Assembly (NCBI GenBank): GCA_964373045.1 | Contig: CAYJSI010000009.1 | Location: forward strand, 1 to 63,383 | Source of the DNA: an uncultured bacterium | GTDB taxonomy: Bacteria > Omnitrophota > Omnitrophia > Omnitrophales > Aquincolibacteriaceae | Direction: 5' to 3' | DNA length: 63,383 nucleotides | Shown: positions 45,915 to 55,691 of the stretch, piece by piece | How the letters are laid out: every line of letters starts with the position of its first letter | Numbering within the stretch: the first letter of the stretch is position 1 | Position numbers and translations under genes: made by a program | Notes under the pieces: model-generated | Told to the model about the DNA's origin: nothing | The model's database searches: none | Seen by the model: only the letters and a program-made list of their open reading frames with translations

Positions 45915-47480
45915 ATGCTCAATACGTCTCAGATTGCCTTTTTGCTCATGGGGCTCGGGATCACAAAGAGCTTTTTATCCCTCGTGGCCCAGGCGGTGGT
46001 GGCGCATCAGTTCGGCGCCGAACCCTATACGGATGCCTATTTTGTCGCTCTGTCGGTTCCGCAAGTTCTTGGGGATTTTATGATCGGCGGCGCGGTTGTA
46101 TTTTCACTGGTTCCGGTCAGTCTCGAGCTCCGTGAAAAAAAGGGGATGAGGCATCAGGCCAACTTTCATCTTCAGGCCTTGGGGTTGGTCGCCGTCCTGA
46201 GTCTCGCATTATGTCTCCTCTATCGGGCTGTGGCATCGGAGGTGATCCGCCGGCTGGCCCCCGGTTTCTCGGAGGATCTTCATTACACAGCGGTTAATCT
46301 CGCGCGGACATTTTCCCCTTTAATTCTTTTCTACAGTCTTTCCTATTTTGCCTCGGCGCTTTTTCTCATCCGGAAGAAGTATTTTTATTCCGTGATCGCA
46401 AGCTGTCTTTATCCCATAGCGCTGATCGCCTTCTGCTTAGGGGGGGAGGGAGGGTGGGGAGACCATCGGCTCGTTGTCGGCACCTTGTGGGGCGCAGGTC
46501 TTCAGATGCTGACGGGCCTTGTACTGCTTATTGTTACGGGGAGCTTCTCATTTCAATTTGTCCGGGTCGGGCAGGCATTATGGAAATTTTTGCAACTGAT
46601 GATCCCCATCGTGGCTGGGGTTGCGCTGAACGCCTGCTTGTATCTCCAGCAGCGGTATCTTGCCTCAATGATCGACGCAGGGTCCATCAGCCGTTTTTCC
46701 TATGCCATGACCCTTTATGCCGTCCCCGGGGTTTTTGTGTTTGGAGCCATCCAGAATGTACTTTACCCCAAGTTTTCCGAACAGGCAGCCAAGTTTGAGC
46801 ATGCTAAAAATGAAGAGCTGCTTTCGCGGACACTTCGCTTTATCCTTTTTTTAGCCGTGCCCCTTTCCGTCTTTTTGATTCTTTTTAGCGAACCTTTTAC
46901 GTTTCTTTTATTTCAACGCGGTGTCTTTGAGCCCCGAGACACCCGCCTGGCGGCCTCCGCCTTAAAGTGTCTTATGATCGGGTTTACCTTTCAGGCGGTG
47001 AATGAAATTTTATATCGGATATTTTATGCGCGTCAAAAATCAGGGGTGTACCTTAAATCCATTGTGGCGGGCGTTCTGGCTGGTTTTACCGCAAACCTTT
47101 TTCTGGTTCGACCCATGGGAATCGCCGGGATTGCCCTTGGTAATACGGTAGGGGTGGTCGTGAGTTTCCTTGTGCTTTTTAGAACGCTTCTTCGGGAGCA
47201 GGGAGGATTTAAGGCGGCTGATCTTTTTCGCTACACCTTAAGAGTTCTTCTCATGATCACGATCCCCGCGGGCATGATTTTTACCCTGCTGATTTATCGT
47301 CCCATCGCTTTGGTAACGGGCGCCTTCTGGAGTGTTCTCTCGCAAGTAGGCGCTTATTTGCTGACGAGTTTCCTCCTTTATTGGGGCATGGCTAAACTAT
47401 TGAATCAGCCCGAGGCCCATCTTATGGGAGAACTTGTCAAACCGAAACATTGGCTCCCCAAAAGCAAAGCGTCAAACTAG
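45915..47480 (+). CDS. MurJ/MviN-like flippase
   Basis: FGA..YTDAYFVA, LAPGF, LFQRGVF...DT, R.FYA; many TMs. Confidence 0.8.
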   Translation: MLNTSQIAFLLMGLGITKSFLSLVAQAVVAHQFGAEPYTDAYFVALSVPQVLGDFMIGGAVVFSLVPVSLELREKKGMRHQANFHLQALGLVAVLSLALCLLYRAVASEVIRRLAPGFSEDLHYTAVNLARTFSPLILFYSLSYFASALFLIRKKYFYSVIASCLYPIALIAFCLGGEGGWGDHRLVVGTLWGAGLQMLTGLVLLIVTGSFSFQFVRVGQALWKFLQLMIPIVAGVALNACLYLQQRYLASMIDAGSISRFSYAMTLYAVPGVFVFGAIQNVLYPKFSEQAAKFEHAKNEELLSRTLRFILFLAVPLSVFLILFSEPFTFLLFQRGVFEPRDTRLAASALKCLMIGFTFQAVNEILYRIFYARQKSGVYLKSIVAGVLAGFTANLFLVRPMGIAGIALGNTVGVVVSFLVLFRTLLREQGGFKAADLFRYTLRVLLMITIPAGMIFTLLIYRPIALVTGAFWSVLSQVGAYLLTSFLLYWGMAKLLNQPEAHLMGELVKPKHWLPKSKASN

Positions 47481-47497
47481 GTCAACCCAAGGAAAAC

Positions 47498-48472
47498 GTG
47501 AATCTGAAATTCATCTGCCCGGCTTGTAAGGGAGAGTTAAAAAGTTTGACGAGTCGAGAGGGTCTCACCTGTCCGCAGTGTCAAAAAACCTTCCGCCGAA
47601 AAGGAGAACTGATCGATTTCCGGGATCTTCCTGCCGAGCAAGGACGAGGTTGGGATCTTCAAGCTATCGAGAAGGCTTATCACGAAATGGGGGATTACGA
47701 GGATAATTTTGCCTGGGCAGCCAAAGACGGCTGGCCGAGGGAGGTGGAGGAATATCGTCACGAACGCTTGAAGGGGAGGGTGCTTGAGTGGCTCAAGGGG
47801 AGAAATTTCCCCAGCATCCTGGAAGTGGGATGCGGCAGCGGTTACTTCCTTTTTAAAATCAACCAGGTCCTAACGAGGTCTGCTGAAATTTTGGCTGGAC
47901 TCGAGGTCTCCTACGAACAGGCCGTTAAATTTGCTGCCCGGGCGAAACGTCAGGGGAACCAAAACTGCGTAGCCATTCTTGCCGCAGGAGAATCGATTCC
48001 CGTTCAGGATCAAAGTTTCGATCTTGTGGTCTCAAGCGAAGTCATCGAACACATCCTTCACCCCGATCTTGCCTTGAAGGAAATCCATCGCATCCTCAAG
48101 CCGGAAGGGGTTGTGTGCATTACCACGCCTTCGAAGGTCCCTACGGAACTGGGACGTCTCCTTTTTTTATTTCCGCGTCTGGTACGGCGAATCCTCCAGG
48201 GCCGCAAGATTAAGGATATGGATAAATTGGATGTTTATGATCAGCCGCTTTCAGCCGGCCGGCTGAAGCGCTACCTTCGGCAGGCAGGCTTCAGGATTGT
48301 CCGCTTTGAGCACAATATCTTTCTGCCGCATGAGTCCTACTTTCCGGCCTTTCCCCTCCGGCTCTCTCATTTTTTTTTACGGCTTGGAGGATTCCTGGAA
48401 CGATACGCCCCTTTCCTCGCCCCGGTTTTAGGGCTTCACTTTGTCCTTTGGGCTGAGAAGCTAAGGACCTAA
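47498..48472 (+). CDS. Class I SAM methyltransferase with N-terminal CxxC..CxxC (Trm112-like) region
   Basis: CPAC..CPQC, LEVGCGSG, FDLVVSSEVIEH, RILKPEG. The GTG start is tentative. Confidence 0.85.
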   Translation: MNLKFICPACKGELKSLTSREGLTCPQCQKTFRRKGELIDFRDLPAEQGRGWDLQAIEKAYHEMGDYEDNFAWAAKDGWPREVEEYRHERLKGRVLEWLKGRNFPSILEVGCGSGYFLFKINQVLTRSAEILAGLEVSYEQAVKFAARAKRQGNQNCVAILAAGESIPVQDQSFDLVVSSEVIEHILHPDLALKEIHRILKPEGVVCITTPSKVPTELGRLLFLFPRLVRRILQGRKIKDMDKLDVYDQPLSAGRLKRYLRQAGFRIVRFEHNIFLPHESYFPAFPLRLSHFFLRLGGFLERYAPFLAPVLGLHFVLWAEKLRT

Positions 48473-48474
48473 TC

Positions 48475-49428
48475 TTGCCCACGCTGCAAATTCAGCATCT
48501 TGCTTGTCCTGAGTGCCGGGGCGACTTATCCGAAGAAGGAGATTTGCGCTGCCTTTGTTGCTTAAAATCCTTTCCTGTGGTTCGGGGGATCCCCCGGTTT
48601 ACCTCAGATGCCTATGCTGCCAATTTTGGACTGCAATGGAATTTATTTTCAAAAACTCAAATCGATTTATTCAACAACACCCGTACTTCAGAGGCGCGGT
48701 TTTTCCGTCAATCCCAGTGGGATTCGGAACAGTTGAAGGGTAAACTGGTTCTTGATGCGGGGTGCGGGTCGGGGCGTTTCAGCCAAATTGCTTTAGATCA
48801 AGGGGCGCTTGTTTATGCCTGTGATCGCAGTATGGCCGTGGATACCTGCCGAGAAAATCTTCAAAATTATTCCTCATTGCAGCTTTTCCAAGCCGATTTA
48901 CTTGCCCTGCCTTTTAAGGAAAAATTGTTCGATTTCATTTACTGTTTCGGTGTCTTGCAGCATACCCCGGAGCCGGGAAAGACCTTTCAGGCCCTGGCGC
49001 GGCTCTTGAAACCAGGAGGCTTAATGGCGGTGGATGTGTACCCGCGCACCTGGGGCTCACTTTTACAATGGAAGTATATTCTGCGGCCGTTGACTCGAAA
49101 GCTTGCTTCCGAGAAACTCTTTGCGGGGTGCCGCCAATGGGTGCCGGCGCTGCTGCGACTTGGAAGCAAGATCAAGAGAATTCCCGGGGTAGGCCCCATT
49201 CTGCGAAAAGGAATTCCGGTGGCGGATTTTTCGAACAACAAGGAATTGACCGATCAACAGGTGGAGGAGTGGTCCGTTTTAGAAACCTTCGATGCCCTGG
49301 GCGCCTATTATGATCATCCGCAAAGCGGTAGAACGGTTCGCCGGTGGTTTGAAGAAAACGGCTTTTCAAATATCGAAGTCGAGCGGATGGGTTCTTGGGT
49401 GGGGCGGGGAAGATTACGCCGAGTCTGA
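48475..49428 (+). CDS. Class I SAM methyltransferase with N-terminal Cys cluster
   Basis: CPEC, FGLQW, LDAGCGSGR, FDFIYCFGVLQHTP, LKPGG. Confidence 0.87.
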   Translation: MPTLQIQHLACPECRGDLSEEGDLRCLCCLKSFPVVRGIPRFTSDAYAANFGLQWNLFSKTQIDLFNNTRTSEARFFRQSQWDSEQLKGKLVLDAGCGSGRFSQIALDQGALVYACDRSMAVDTCRENLQNYSSLQLFQADLLALPFKEKLFDFIYCFGVLQHTPEPGKTFQALARLLKPGGLMAVDVYPRTWGSLLQWKYILRPLTRKLASEKLFAGCRQWVPALLRLGSKIKRIPGVGPILRKGIPVADFSNNKELTDQQVEEWSVLETFDALGAYYDHPQSGRTVRRWFEENGFSNIEVERMGSWVGRGRLRRV

Positions 49429-50301
49429 TTTTGAGGAAACGGCGGGTCTTAAGCGTCCTGCGAGGTAGCCGAACGCATAACAAGTTCGGCTGGCGATAAA
49501 AAGGGTATGCCCCTTAAGGGCCGCAAGAAAAAATTGCAGGCATGAGCGCAGAATCCTCAATCCCAAATTGGCAGGTGAAGAAACCTTGCCTTCAAGCTGC
49601 GTCGATGAATCAAAAACTAAGCCGGGATAAACGCGTTGAGTCAGGGCTGAAGCACAGCCCGTTGTGAATGCCTTGCGGCAAAGCTCATTAAAATTTTTAT
49701 AAGTCGGCATATAAACAAAGGTATTTGGAGCTAACACCACTTTATATCCCTGCTCCCGAATGCGCGCCTTAAAGTCGGGGTCGGTCCCGCTTATAAGTTC
49801 TCGATCCTCACCTCCCACCTCCCGATAAACGGAAGCTGGTACCGCGAGGCAGGCGTGGCAGACCATATCAGACTCCGTTATCTTGTCGACCGTCGGGCAT
49901 TCAACGCGGGGAATTTGTCGCGCTACTTTTTTTTGAAAGTCCGAGGCCTCAGGAGGGAGACGGTAAGAGGCGCCTGTCATACCGATGCGCTCGGCCGGAT
50001 TTGAAAAGGGAGCGATTAAGGCATCCATAAGGTTCGACGTCCCAATAGCGACGTCATCGTCCATAAAGACGTAATATTTTCCGCGAGCCGCTTTCACTCC
50101 TTCATCACGGGCGCGACCATTCGGTCGAATGCCCTTGACGATGAGAAGCTCAAGATTTTTAAAGGAGAGGTCCCGGATGGCTTGAACCAGCCGCGGGACA
50201 TTGCCCTCCCGGTAACCGTCCAGGGAAGGAATAATCACCGAGACAAGGGGGAAAGAATGGGGGATGAGACAGACGACCTTTTCTTCTTCCCAAGTGGGCA
50301 T
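49414..50301 (-). CDS. Glycosyltransferase family 2
   Basis: VSVIIP, ARDEG...ARG.Y.VFMDDD, EVGG; inverted relative to the cluster. Confidence 0.85.
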   Translation of the reverse strand: MPTWEEEKVVCLIPHSFPLVSVIIPSLDGYREGNVPRLVQAIRDLSFKNLELLIVKGIRPNGRARDEGVKAARGKYYVFMDDDVAIGTSNLMDALIAPFSNPAERIGMTGASYRLPPEASDFQKKVARQIPRVECPTVDKITESDMVCHACLAVPASVYREVGGEDRELISGTDPDFKARIREQGYKVVLAPNTFVYMPTYKNFNELCRKAFTTGCASALTQRVYPGLVFDSSTQLEGKVSSPANLGLRILRSCLQFFLAALKGHTLFIASRTCYAFGYLAGRLRPAVSSKSDSA

Positions 50302-50444
50302 GAATGGGCTAATCCTTGTCTTGCCAATAGCCGATAATATATCAAATTACTTCGATCTGTTCTAACCATTATCGACAAAAAGGTTTATTTTTAAATAAGG
50401 AGCGAAGGAGCTGAAAAAAGAGGTCCTCTCCGGGAGAACATGGC

Positions 50445-50645
50445 ATGGAGGCTTTGGCAAACTGCCGGGCGCAGGTTTGGCTCATTCCCAAAGGAGGCCG
50501 CCCCTTCGATAACCTTAGTACCAAGCAGCCGTGGTCGAGCATTTTTGATGTCCCGTTTCGAAAGGCATTTTTACAATCCTATGAGCACAAACTGGATTCA
50601 AAATTTTTTGAGCTCTGGTTTTGCAAAAAAAGAGGCGGTTCGATC
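50445..50645 (+). pseudogene. 3' remnant of a paralogue of the 51963-53606 membrane protein
   Basis: LANCRAQVWLIPKGGRPF...IFDVPFRKAFLQSY...SKFFELWFC aligns with LKSCDVQIWMIPQGGNPF...VFSDEFIKIFFEKY...TEFYDLWFC. Confidence 0.8.
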
Positions 50646-51599
50646 ATGAACCCCGTCCATTCTCCGTGCCTGATTTGCTCGGGCTCGCATGTGACGTCTC
50701 GGCCGCTCAACGATGCGCGTGCCCTGATTTTTTGCCGCGATTGTCGGAATAGTTTCACCCTTCCCCCTCCTGACCCAGGCCAATTTCGCCTTCCTTATGA
50801 AAATGAGAAAATTCGCGGCCAGTTTTTCTATGAAATTCTGGTAAAATTTTTTATGAGGCTTAGGGTTGCGAGGATCTGCAATCTCACGGGCCGAAGGCGG
50901 GGTTTAAAGCTTCTGGATGTCGGCGCGGGGGCGTGCCGCTTTGCCAACGAATGCCTCCAGGCGGGCTTCGAGACCTGGGCGCTTGAGCCGAACGAAGGTA
51001 ATCGGATCTTTGCGCAGGAGGGCGTGCATTATCTGGCCCATCCTTTTACGCGGGAGTTCTTGGATAAGAGAATTCTAAAAGCGAAAAGTTTCGATGTTAT
51101 TACGATGTGGCATTCCCTTGAGCACTTTCCTGATACCAAGCAGGCCGCAAGCCTGGCAAAAGATCTCCTGAAGCCGGGAGGCGTGCTGTGGATCTCCGTG
51201 CCCAATATCGAGAGCCTTCAATTTCAGGTCAGTGGGTCGCGGTGGACTTATTTGGACGTTGATCATCACTACACGCATTTTAGTATCCGGGGGCTGAAGA
51301 AGTTTCTTGGGCGTTACTCTTTTGAGATCGTCCGCGGTTATGTCTTCTCCGCCGAATATGAAATATTCGGCTGGGTGCAAACCCTTCTCAATCTTGCCAC
51401 GGGGTCGACCAATTATCTCTACGAAAAATATAAATACGGCAAGCACAGGCAAGAACAAGGGCTGCGTAAGGCATGGATCCAAATCGTATCCCTCCTTTGG
51501 CCCCTCCTCGGGATCCCCGCCATTATGTTATCTTTCCTGGCGGCAGGGATCGGGAAACCGAGCTGCGCTGAAGTTGCTTTTCGAAAGTCTGAAAGCTAA
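50646..51599 (+). CDS. Class I SAM methyltransferase with N-terminal CxxC..CxxC
   Basis: CLIC..CRDC, LDVGAG, FDVITMWHSLEH, LKPGG..SVPN. Confidence 0.87.
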   Translation: MNPVHSPCLICSGSHVTSRPLNDARALIFCRDCRNSFTLPPPDPGQFRLPYENEKIRGQFFYEILVKFFMRLRVARICNLTGRRRGLKLLDVGAGACRFANECLQAGFETWALEPNEGNRIFAQEGVHYLAHPFTREFLDKRILKAKSFDVITMWHSLEHFPDTKQAASLAKDLLKPGGVLWISVPNIESLQFQVSGSRWTYLDVDHHYTHFSIRGLKKFLGRYSFEIVRGYVFSAEYEIFGWVQTLLNLATGSTNYLYEKYKYGKHRQEQGLRKAWIQIVSLLWPLLGIPAIMLSFLAAGIGKPSCAEVAFRKSES

Positions 51600-51604
51600 C
51601 GACT

Positions 51605-51850
51605 ATGCGGATCTTCATAACGGGTGCTTCAGGATTTATCAGAGATCATTTTCTGTGTTTTCTCCTCCGGGAAGAGAAGCTAAGCAAAGATCAAATTCAC
51701 GCCTCGTACGCACGTCCTCGTGCCTAGTGGGGAATCACGCCTTGCGGGCGACAGTCCATCAGGGCGATGAAGCCAGTCTTGAAAAATATGAAGGGATGAT
51801 TCAAAAGTGCTCACTTATTTTTCACCTGAGCAGCGATGCCAAATTTGAGA
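51605..51850 (+). pseudogene. Frameshifted 5' fragment of the epimerase/SDR gene at 53855
   Basis: Nucleotide-level copy of about 53855-54100 (GACTATGCGGAT.., TAAGCAAAGATCAAATTCAC, CAGTCCATCAGGGC, CCAGTCTTGAAAAATAT), with a 1-bp deletion after ATTCAC and truncation. Confidence 0.9.
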
Positions 51851-51962
51851 ACCCCCTAATAAGCGTCCGGTCGAATGTCGATAAGATATTGTATAATTCT
51901 GTAACCCGTAGTATCGACAGAAGGACGATTATTTTTAAATAAGAGACAACGGAGTATCAAAA

Positions 51963-53606
51963 TTGCAAACAAATACGCAGCAAACTCTTCTATTTTTTAT
52001 ATATCAGAATTTTTACTGGCTTGTTCTGATTTTTAAGCACCCTTTATTATTTTTCTTTATAACGCTTTCACTCTCTGCTGGATTTTTTTCGAATAAGATT
52101 CCTTCTCAATTATTTGGCCGGTGGGGCGGTTCGCTGCTCTTATGGTTTTCCGTTGTTGTCCTCCTAATCTATACTGCTTTGATTATTTGGTACATTTCAT
52201 TTAACCACTTTTCTGATCATATCGAAGCGAGCATTACCTCGGTTTCCTGGATGTTTTACGCTCATCAAATGCCGCTTTATCATTCGATCGATTCTGCGGA
52301 GCGCTACAGCATGATGTATGGTCCAATGCTTTATCTTGTGTACACCGCTGCTCTCGCTGTATTTGGCGCGTCTTTAATCACCATAAAGGCATTGCCAGGT
52401 GTATGTGCTCTGCTAAGCCTGGTTATTTTATTTCTTGCTTTAAAGCGATTAACGACTTCAAAAGTAGCCCTCCTTGCAACAGGTTTAACCGGGCTTGGGT
52501 ATCTTCTTTTTGGGACAATATCGTTTTGTGCGAGAGGAGATGCGATGATGCTTCTCTTAGAGTCGCTACTTCTTTATGGTCTGGTTTGCTTAAGCGGAAT
52601 ACCCTGTTTCATTTTGATGTTTCTTGTAGCTGGGCTTTTCATTAATTTTAAGATCCACGCGTGGATTTATTTATTACCTTTTTTCGCGCTATTTTGTAAA
52701 CGTTTTAACTTTTGGCGTTTGTTGCTGGCACTATGCTTTGCGGCGGCGGTCGCAGCTCTTCCGTTTTGCCTGTCGTCCAAGATTTCATTTAACAATTATT
52801 TGCTCTGGATTTATTGGACCGGTCTTAATAATGGTTTTTCATGGTATGGACTGCTGATTAATCTTCAATATGCGCTCCTTATCTCGATTCCTGTCATTTT
52901 GCTGATTCAATATCAAAAAGGTAAATGGCAGAGGCCTTTTCATGATTTCGACATTTCATGGTATGCATTGCTGGGAGCGGGCTATGCAACTCTAACTGGT
53001 GCAATAGGAGGTGGCGGACCTTATCACTTGCTACACTGTTTGATGCCCTTGACTTATATAAGTGTGGTCAGCTATGAGATAATTCTAAAAACGAAGCGAA
53101 ATGAAGGAAGGGGATTGCCAGCGATCATACGCGTGGTATTTTTGGCTTTCGTATTAACTCTTTTTGCTGTGACCTGTGGCCGACAATATGCAATATGGAG
53201 TTTGACCGCGCAGTATAGAAATTATGAAGTAAAAGAAGACATCGAAAAAATTCTTAAAAAACACCCAGGCAAGACCCTCGCAATAGGCTATGGGGGCGAT
53301 TACCAGCTGACATTTTATCATCCACTTTTGATCTTTGCGGGGAATACCTTTCTAATTGATGCGGTTGTTTTGTATGACATGGGGGCTGCCGGAATTTCAC
53401 GAATTACAGAAAAAACTTTAAAGAGGTTGAAATCCTGCGATGTTCAAATTTGGATGATACCACAGGGCGGAAATCCTTTTGAACGACAAAGCATGAAATT
53501 ACCATACGACAATGTATTTAGTGATGAGTTCATTAAGATTTTTTTTGAAAAATATGCCTTTAAAGAGCGAACGGAGTTCTATGATCTTTGGTTTTGTGAA
53601 GAATAG
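51963..53606 (+). CDS. Polytopic membrane protein, possibly a GT-C-type glycosyltransferase; AT-rich
   Basis: Many hydrophobic segments, DHIE, YGP, RGD, FKIH. TTG start is uncertain; visibly lower GC than neighbours. Confidence 0.6.
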   Translation: MQTNTQQTLLFFIYQNFYWLVLIFKHPLLFFFITLSLSAGFFSNKIPSQLFGRWGGSLLLWFSVVVLLIYTALIIWYISFNHFSDHIEASITSVSWMFYAHQMPLYHSIDSAERYSMMYGPMLYLVYTAALAVFGASLITIKALPGVCALLSLVILFLALKRLTTSKVALLATGLTGLGYLLFGTISFCARGDAMMLLLESLLLYGLVCLSGIPCFILMFLVAGLFINFKIHAWIYLLPFFALFCKRFNFWRLLLALCFAAAVAALPFCLSSKISFNNYLLWIYWTGLNNGFSWYGLLINLQYALLISIPVILLIQYQKGKWQRPFHDFDISWYALLGAGYATLTGAIGGGGPYHLLHCLMPLTYISVVSYEIILKTKRNEGRGLPAIIRVVFLAFVLTLFAVTCGRQYAIWSLTAQYRNYEVKEDIEKILKKHPGKTLAIGYGGDYQLTFYHPLLIFAGNTFLIDAVVLYDMGAAGISRITEKTLKRLKSCDVQIWMIPQGGNPFERQSMKLPYDNVFSDEFIKIFFEKYAFKERTEFYDLWFCEE

Positions 53607-53647
53607 GACGGCGAATTCGGCTCTCTGATGATGTGCTCCCTGTTTGG

Positions 53648-53828
53648 CCTCAGAATGGACATCGCATTAGACGGAAGCTATTAGAAAAATGAAATCCCAG
53701 ATTACGATGCCATAATCCTATATCCTTTCTTGGGACATATTCCTGATACTGAACAAGTTGCCAAGCTGGCCGGGGATCTTCCTCAAACTCGGAGGCGTGT
53801 TTTTATCCTAATCTCAAATATTGAAAAC
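53648..53828 (+). pseudogene. Decayed internal fragment of a paralogue of the 50646-51599 methyltransferase
   Basis: PQNGHRI..DYDAIILYPFLGHIPDTEQVAKLAGDL/LKLGGV..NIEN versus PNEGNRI..SFDVITMWHSLEHFPDTKQAASLAKDLLKPGGV..NIES, with stops and frameshifts. Confidence 0.75.
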
Positions 53829-53854
53829 GGCCATCAAAAATTGAACTGACGACT

Positions 53855-55597
53855 ATGCGGATTTTTATGACGGGCGCGACGGGTTTTATCGGAGGGCATT
53901 TCCTGCGCTTTCTTCTCCGGGAGGAGAAGTTAAGCAAAGATCAAATTCACTGCCTGGTGCGAACGCCCTCGCGCCTGGCAGGGGATCTCGCTTCGCGGGT
54001 GACAGTCCATCAGGGCAATGAAACCAGTCTTGAAAAATATCAAGACGTGATCCAAAGCTGCTCCCTTATTTTTCACCTTGGCGGCAACGCCAAATTTGGA
54101 AATCGGGGCGATTATGAAACAAGCAATGTCGAGTTCACGCGACTTCTGATTGCCGCGGCATCAAAATCAAATCAGCTTAAGCGCTTCGTTTTCACGAGCT
54201 CAATCGGTGCGGTGGATCGGGTCCCGGGCGACTCCTGCCAAAATCCCTTGACGGAGGCATCAACACCTTATCCGACATCGGCCTACGGAAAGTCCAAGCT
54301 GGCCTGCGAAAAGATGCTTACCACCTCCTCGCTTCCTTATGTAATCCTGCGTCCCACCTGGGTTTATGGGCCCGGCATGCGTTCTGATAGCCACATCCGT
54401 GTCTTCCTAGATGCGGTTTCAAAAAATAAGCCTTCCACCTGGTTTAATTTTCCGGGCAAGGTTTCGCTCGTCTCTATCGAAGATATGGTTCGTGCGCTGT
54501 GGTTTGTGGCCGCTCATCCCGGAGCCGTGCGCCAGACCTATTTTGCGGCCGACAATCAGCCGCTTTCCCTGGGGAATCTTTTTCGGATATTAGGAGAAAT
54601 CCTCGGCAGCAAAAAATCAGGCCGCCTCGGAATTAATTTTGGGATTCCCTGGATCATGCGATGGTTGCGTCCTTGGCTCCCCGTCAAGATGCAAAATATT
54701 TTCAGCGATGTTCTTTACGCTTCCTCCGCTAAGCTCCAGGCCTTAGGTTTCCGATTTACTTGTGACCTTCGTCGGGGGCTGCGTGAAACAGCTCATGCCC
54801 ATTTTGCCGAACAAAAGACCGGCATAGACGGCCGCGAGGATGCGGCTCCTCTTGCCGTCGTGACCGGAGGCGCAGGTGGGATTGGAAAGGCCCTCGCAGA
54901 AAAATTATATGCGCATGGTTACGAAATGGCCCTTGTGGATTGTGACGCGGCTGTTCGAGAAGTTGCGGCGTCGATCGGAGCCGATTACTTAATCGCCGAT
55001 CTCTCTCAGGAGGTTGGGGTGCAAAGCGCGATTGAGTCCATGAATCGGCGCGGCTCGAAAATTGCTCTGTGGGTCAACAATGCGGGGGTGGGGCTTCGCG
55101 GTCCCTTGCTCGAAAACGATCCCCTCCGGCTCAGCCAAATGCTGGATCTTAACTGCAAGGCCCTTGCGGTACTTTCCCGGGCCGTGCTTGAGAAATTCAA
55201 AGAAAAGAAAAACGGCATTTTGATTAATATTGCCTCCTCTGCAGGCTTTCAGCCCCTTCCTTACATGGCGGCTTATGCAGCCAGTAAACGTTTTGTGACA
55301 GAGTTTACGGAGGCCTTGATCGGTGAGTTTAAGGATGACTCCAAGATAAAAATTTTGTGTATCTCTCCCTCCGGTACCCAAACCAATTTTCAAGCGGCGG
55401 CGGGTGTCAAATCCGATGAAAAAGAAAAACTGCTTCAGCCTGAAGAAGTTGCCGCCGGGATTCTTTCATGTTTGCGTAAAAAAAGCGGGCACTATGTGAT
55501 CGGGGAAAGGGGCAAGCGCATGGCCCTCCTGGCTCAAATCCTGCCTGGCCCGTTAAAAATCCGGTTGTGGGAGTATTTGATGAGAAAATCGAGATAG
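53855..55597 (+). CDS. Fusion of NAD-dependent epimerase/dehydratase (extended SDR) and classical SDR
   Basis: N-half TGATGFIG..YGKSK..RP.WVYGP; C-half TGGAGGIG..NNAG..NIAS..YAASK. Confidence 0.88.
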   Translation: MRIFMTGATGFIGGHFLRFLLREEKLSKDQIHCLVRTPSRLAGDLASRVTVHQGNETSLEKYQDVIQSCSLIFHLGGNAKFGNRGDYETSNVEFTRLLIAAASKSNQLKRFVFTSSIGAVDRVPGDSCQNPLTEASTPYPTSAYGKSKLACEKMLTTSSLPYVILRPTWVYGPGMRSDSHIRVFLDAVSKNKPSTWFNFPGKVSLVSIEDMVRALWFVAAHPGAVRQTYFAADNQPLSLGNLFRILGEILGSKKSGRLGINFGIPWIMRWLRPWLPVKMQNIFSDVLYASSAKLQALGFRFTCDLRRGLRETAHAHFAEQKTGIDGREDAAPLAVVTGGAGGIGKALAEKLYAHGYEMALVDCDAAVREVAASIGADYLIADLSQEVGVQSAIESMNRRGSKIALWVNNAGVGLRGPLLENDPLRLSQMLDLNCKALAVLSRAVLEKFKEKKNGILINIASSAGFQPLPYMAAYAASKRFVTEFTEALIGEFKDDSKIKILCISPSGTQTNFQAAAGVKSDEKEKLLQPEEVAAGILSCLRKKSGHYVIGERGKRMALLAQILPGPLKIRLWEYLMRKSR

Positions 55598-55691
55598 GCA
55601 GGGCGGGGGGGCATGTTTTGCAAATGAGGATGAATTCAGCTAATATTAGTTCAGTGTTGATGGTTGCTAACAGAGAAGCGGTAGGTTTTTC

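Noticed and set aside
51307..51942. 211-aa ORF in the ORF track
   Set aside because: It is an alternate frame of the methyltransferase joined to the frameshifted SDR remnant, and is explained by the pseudogene call.
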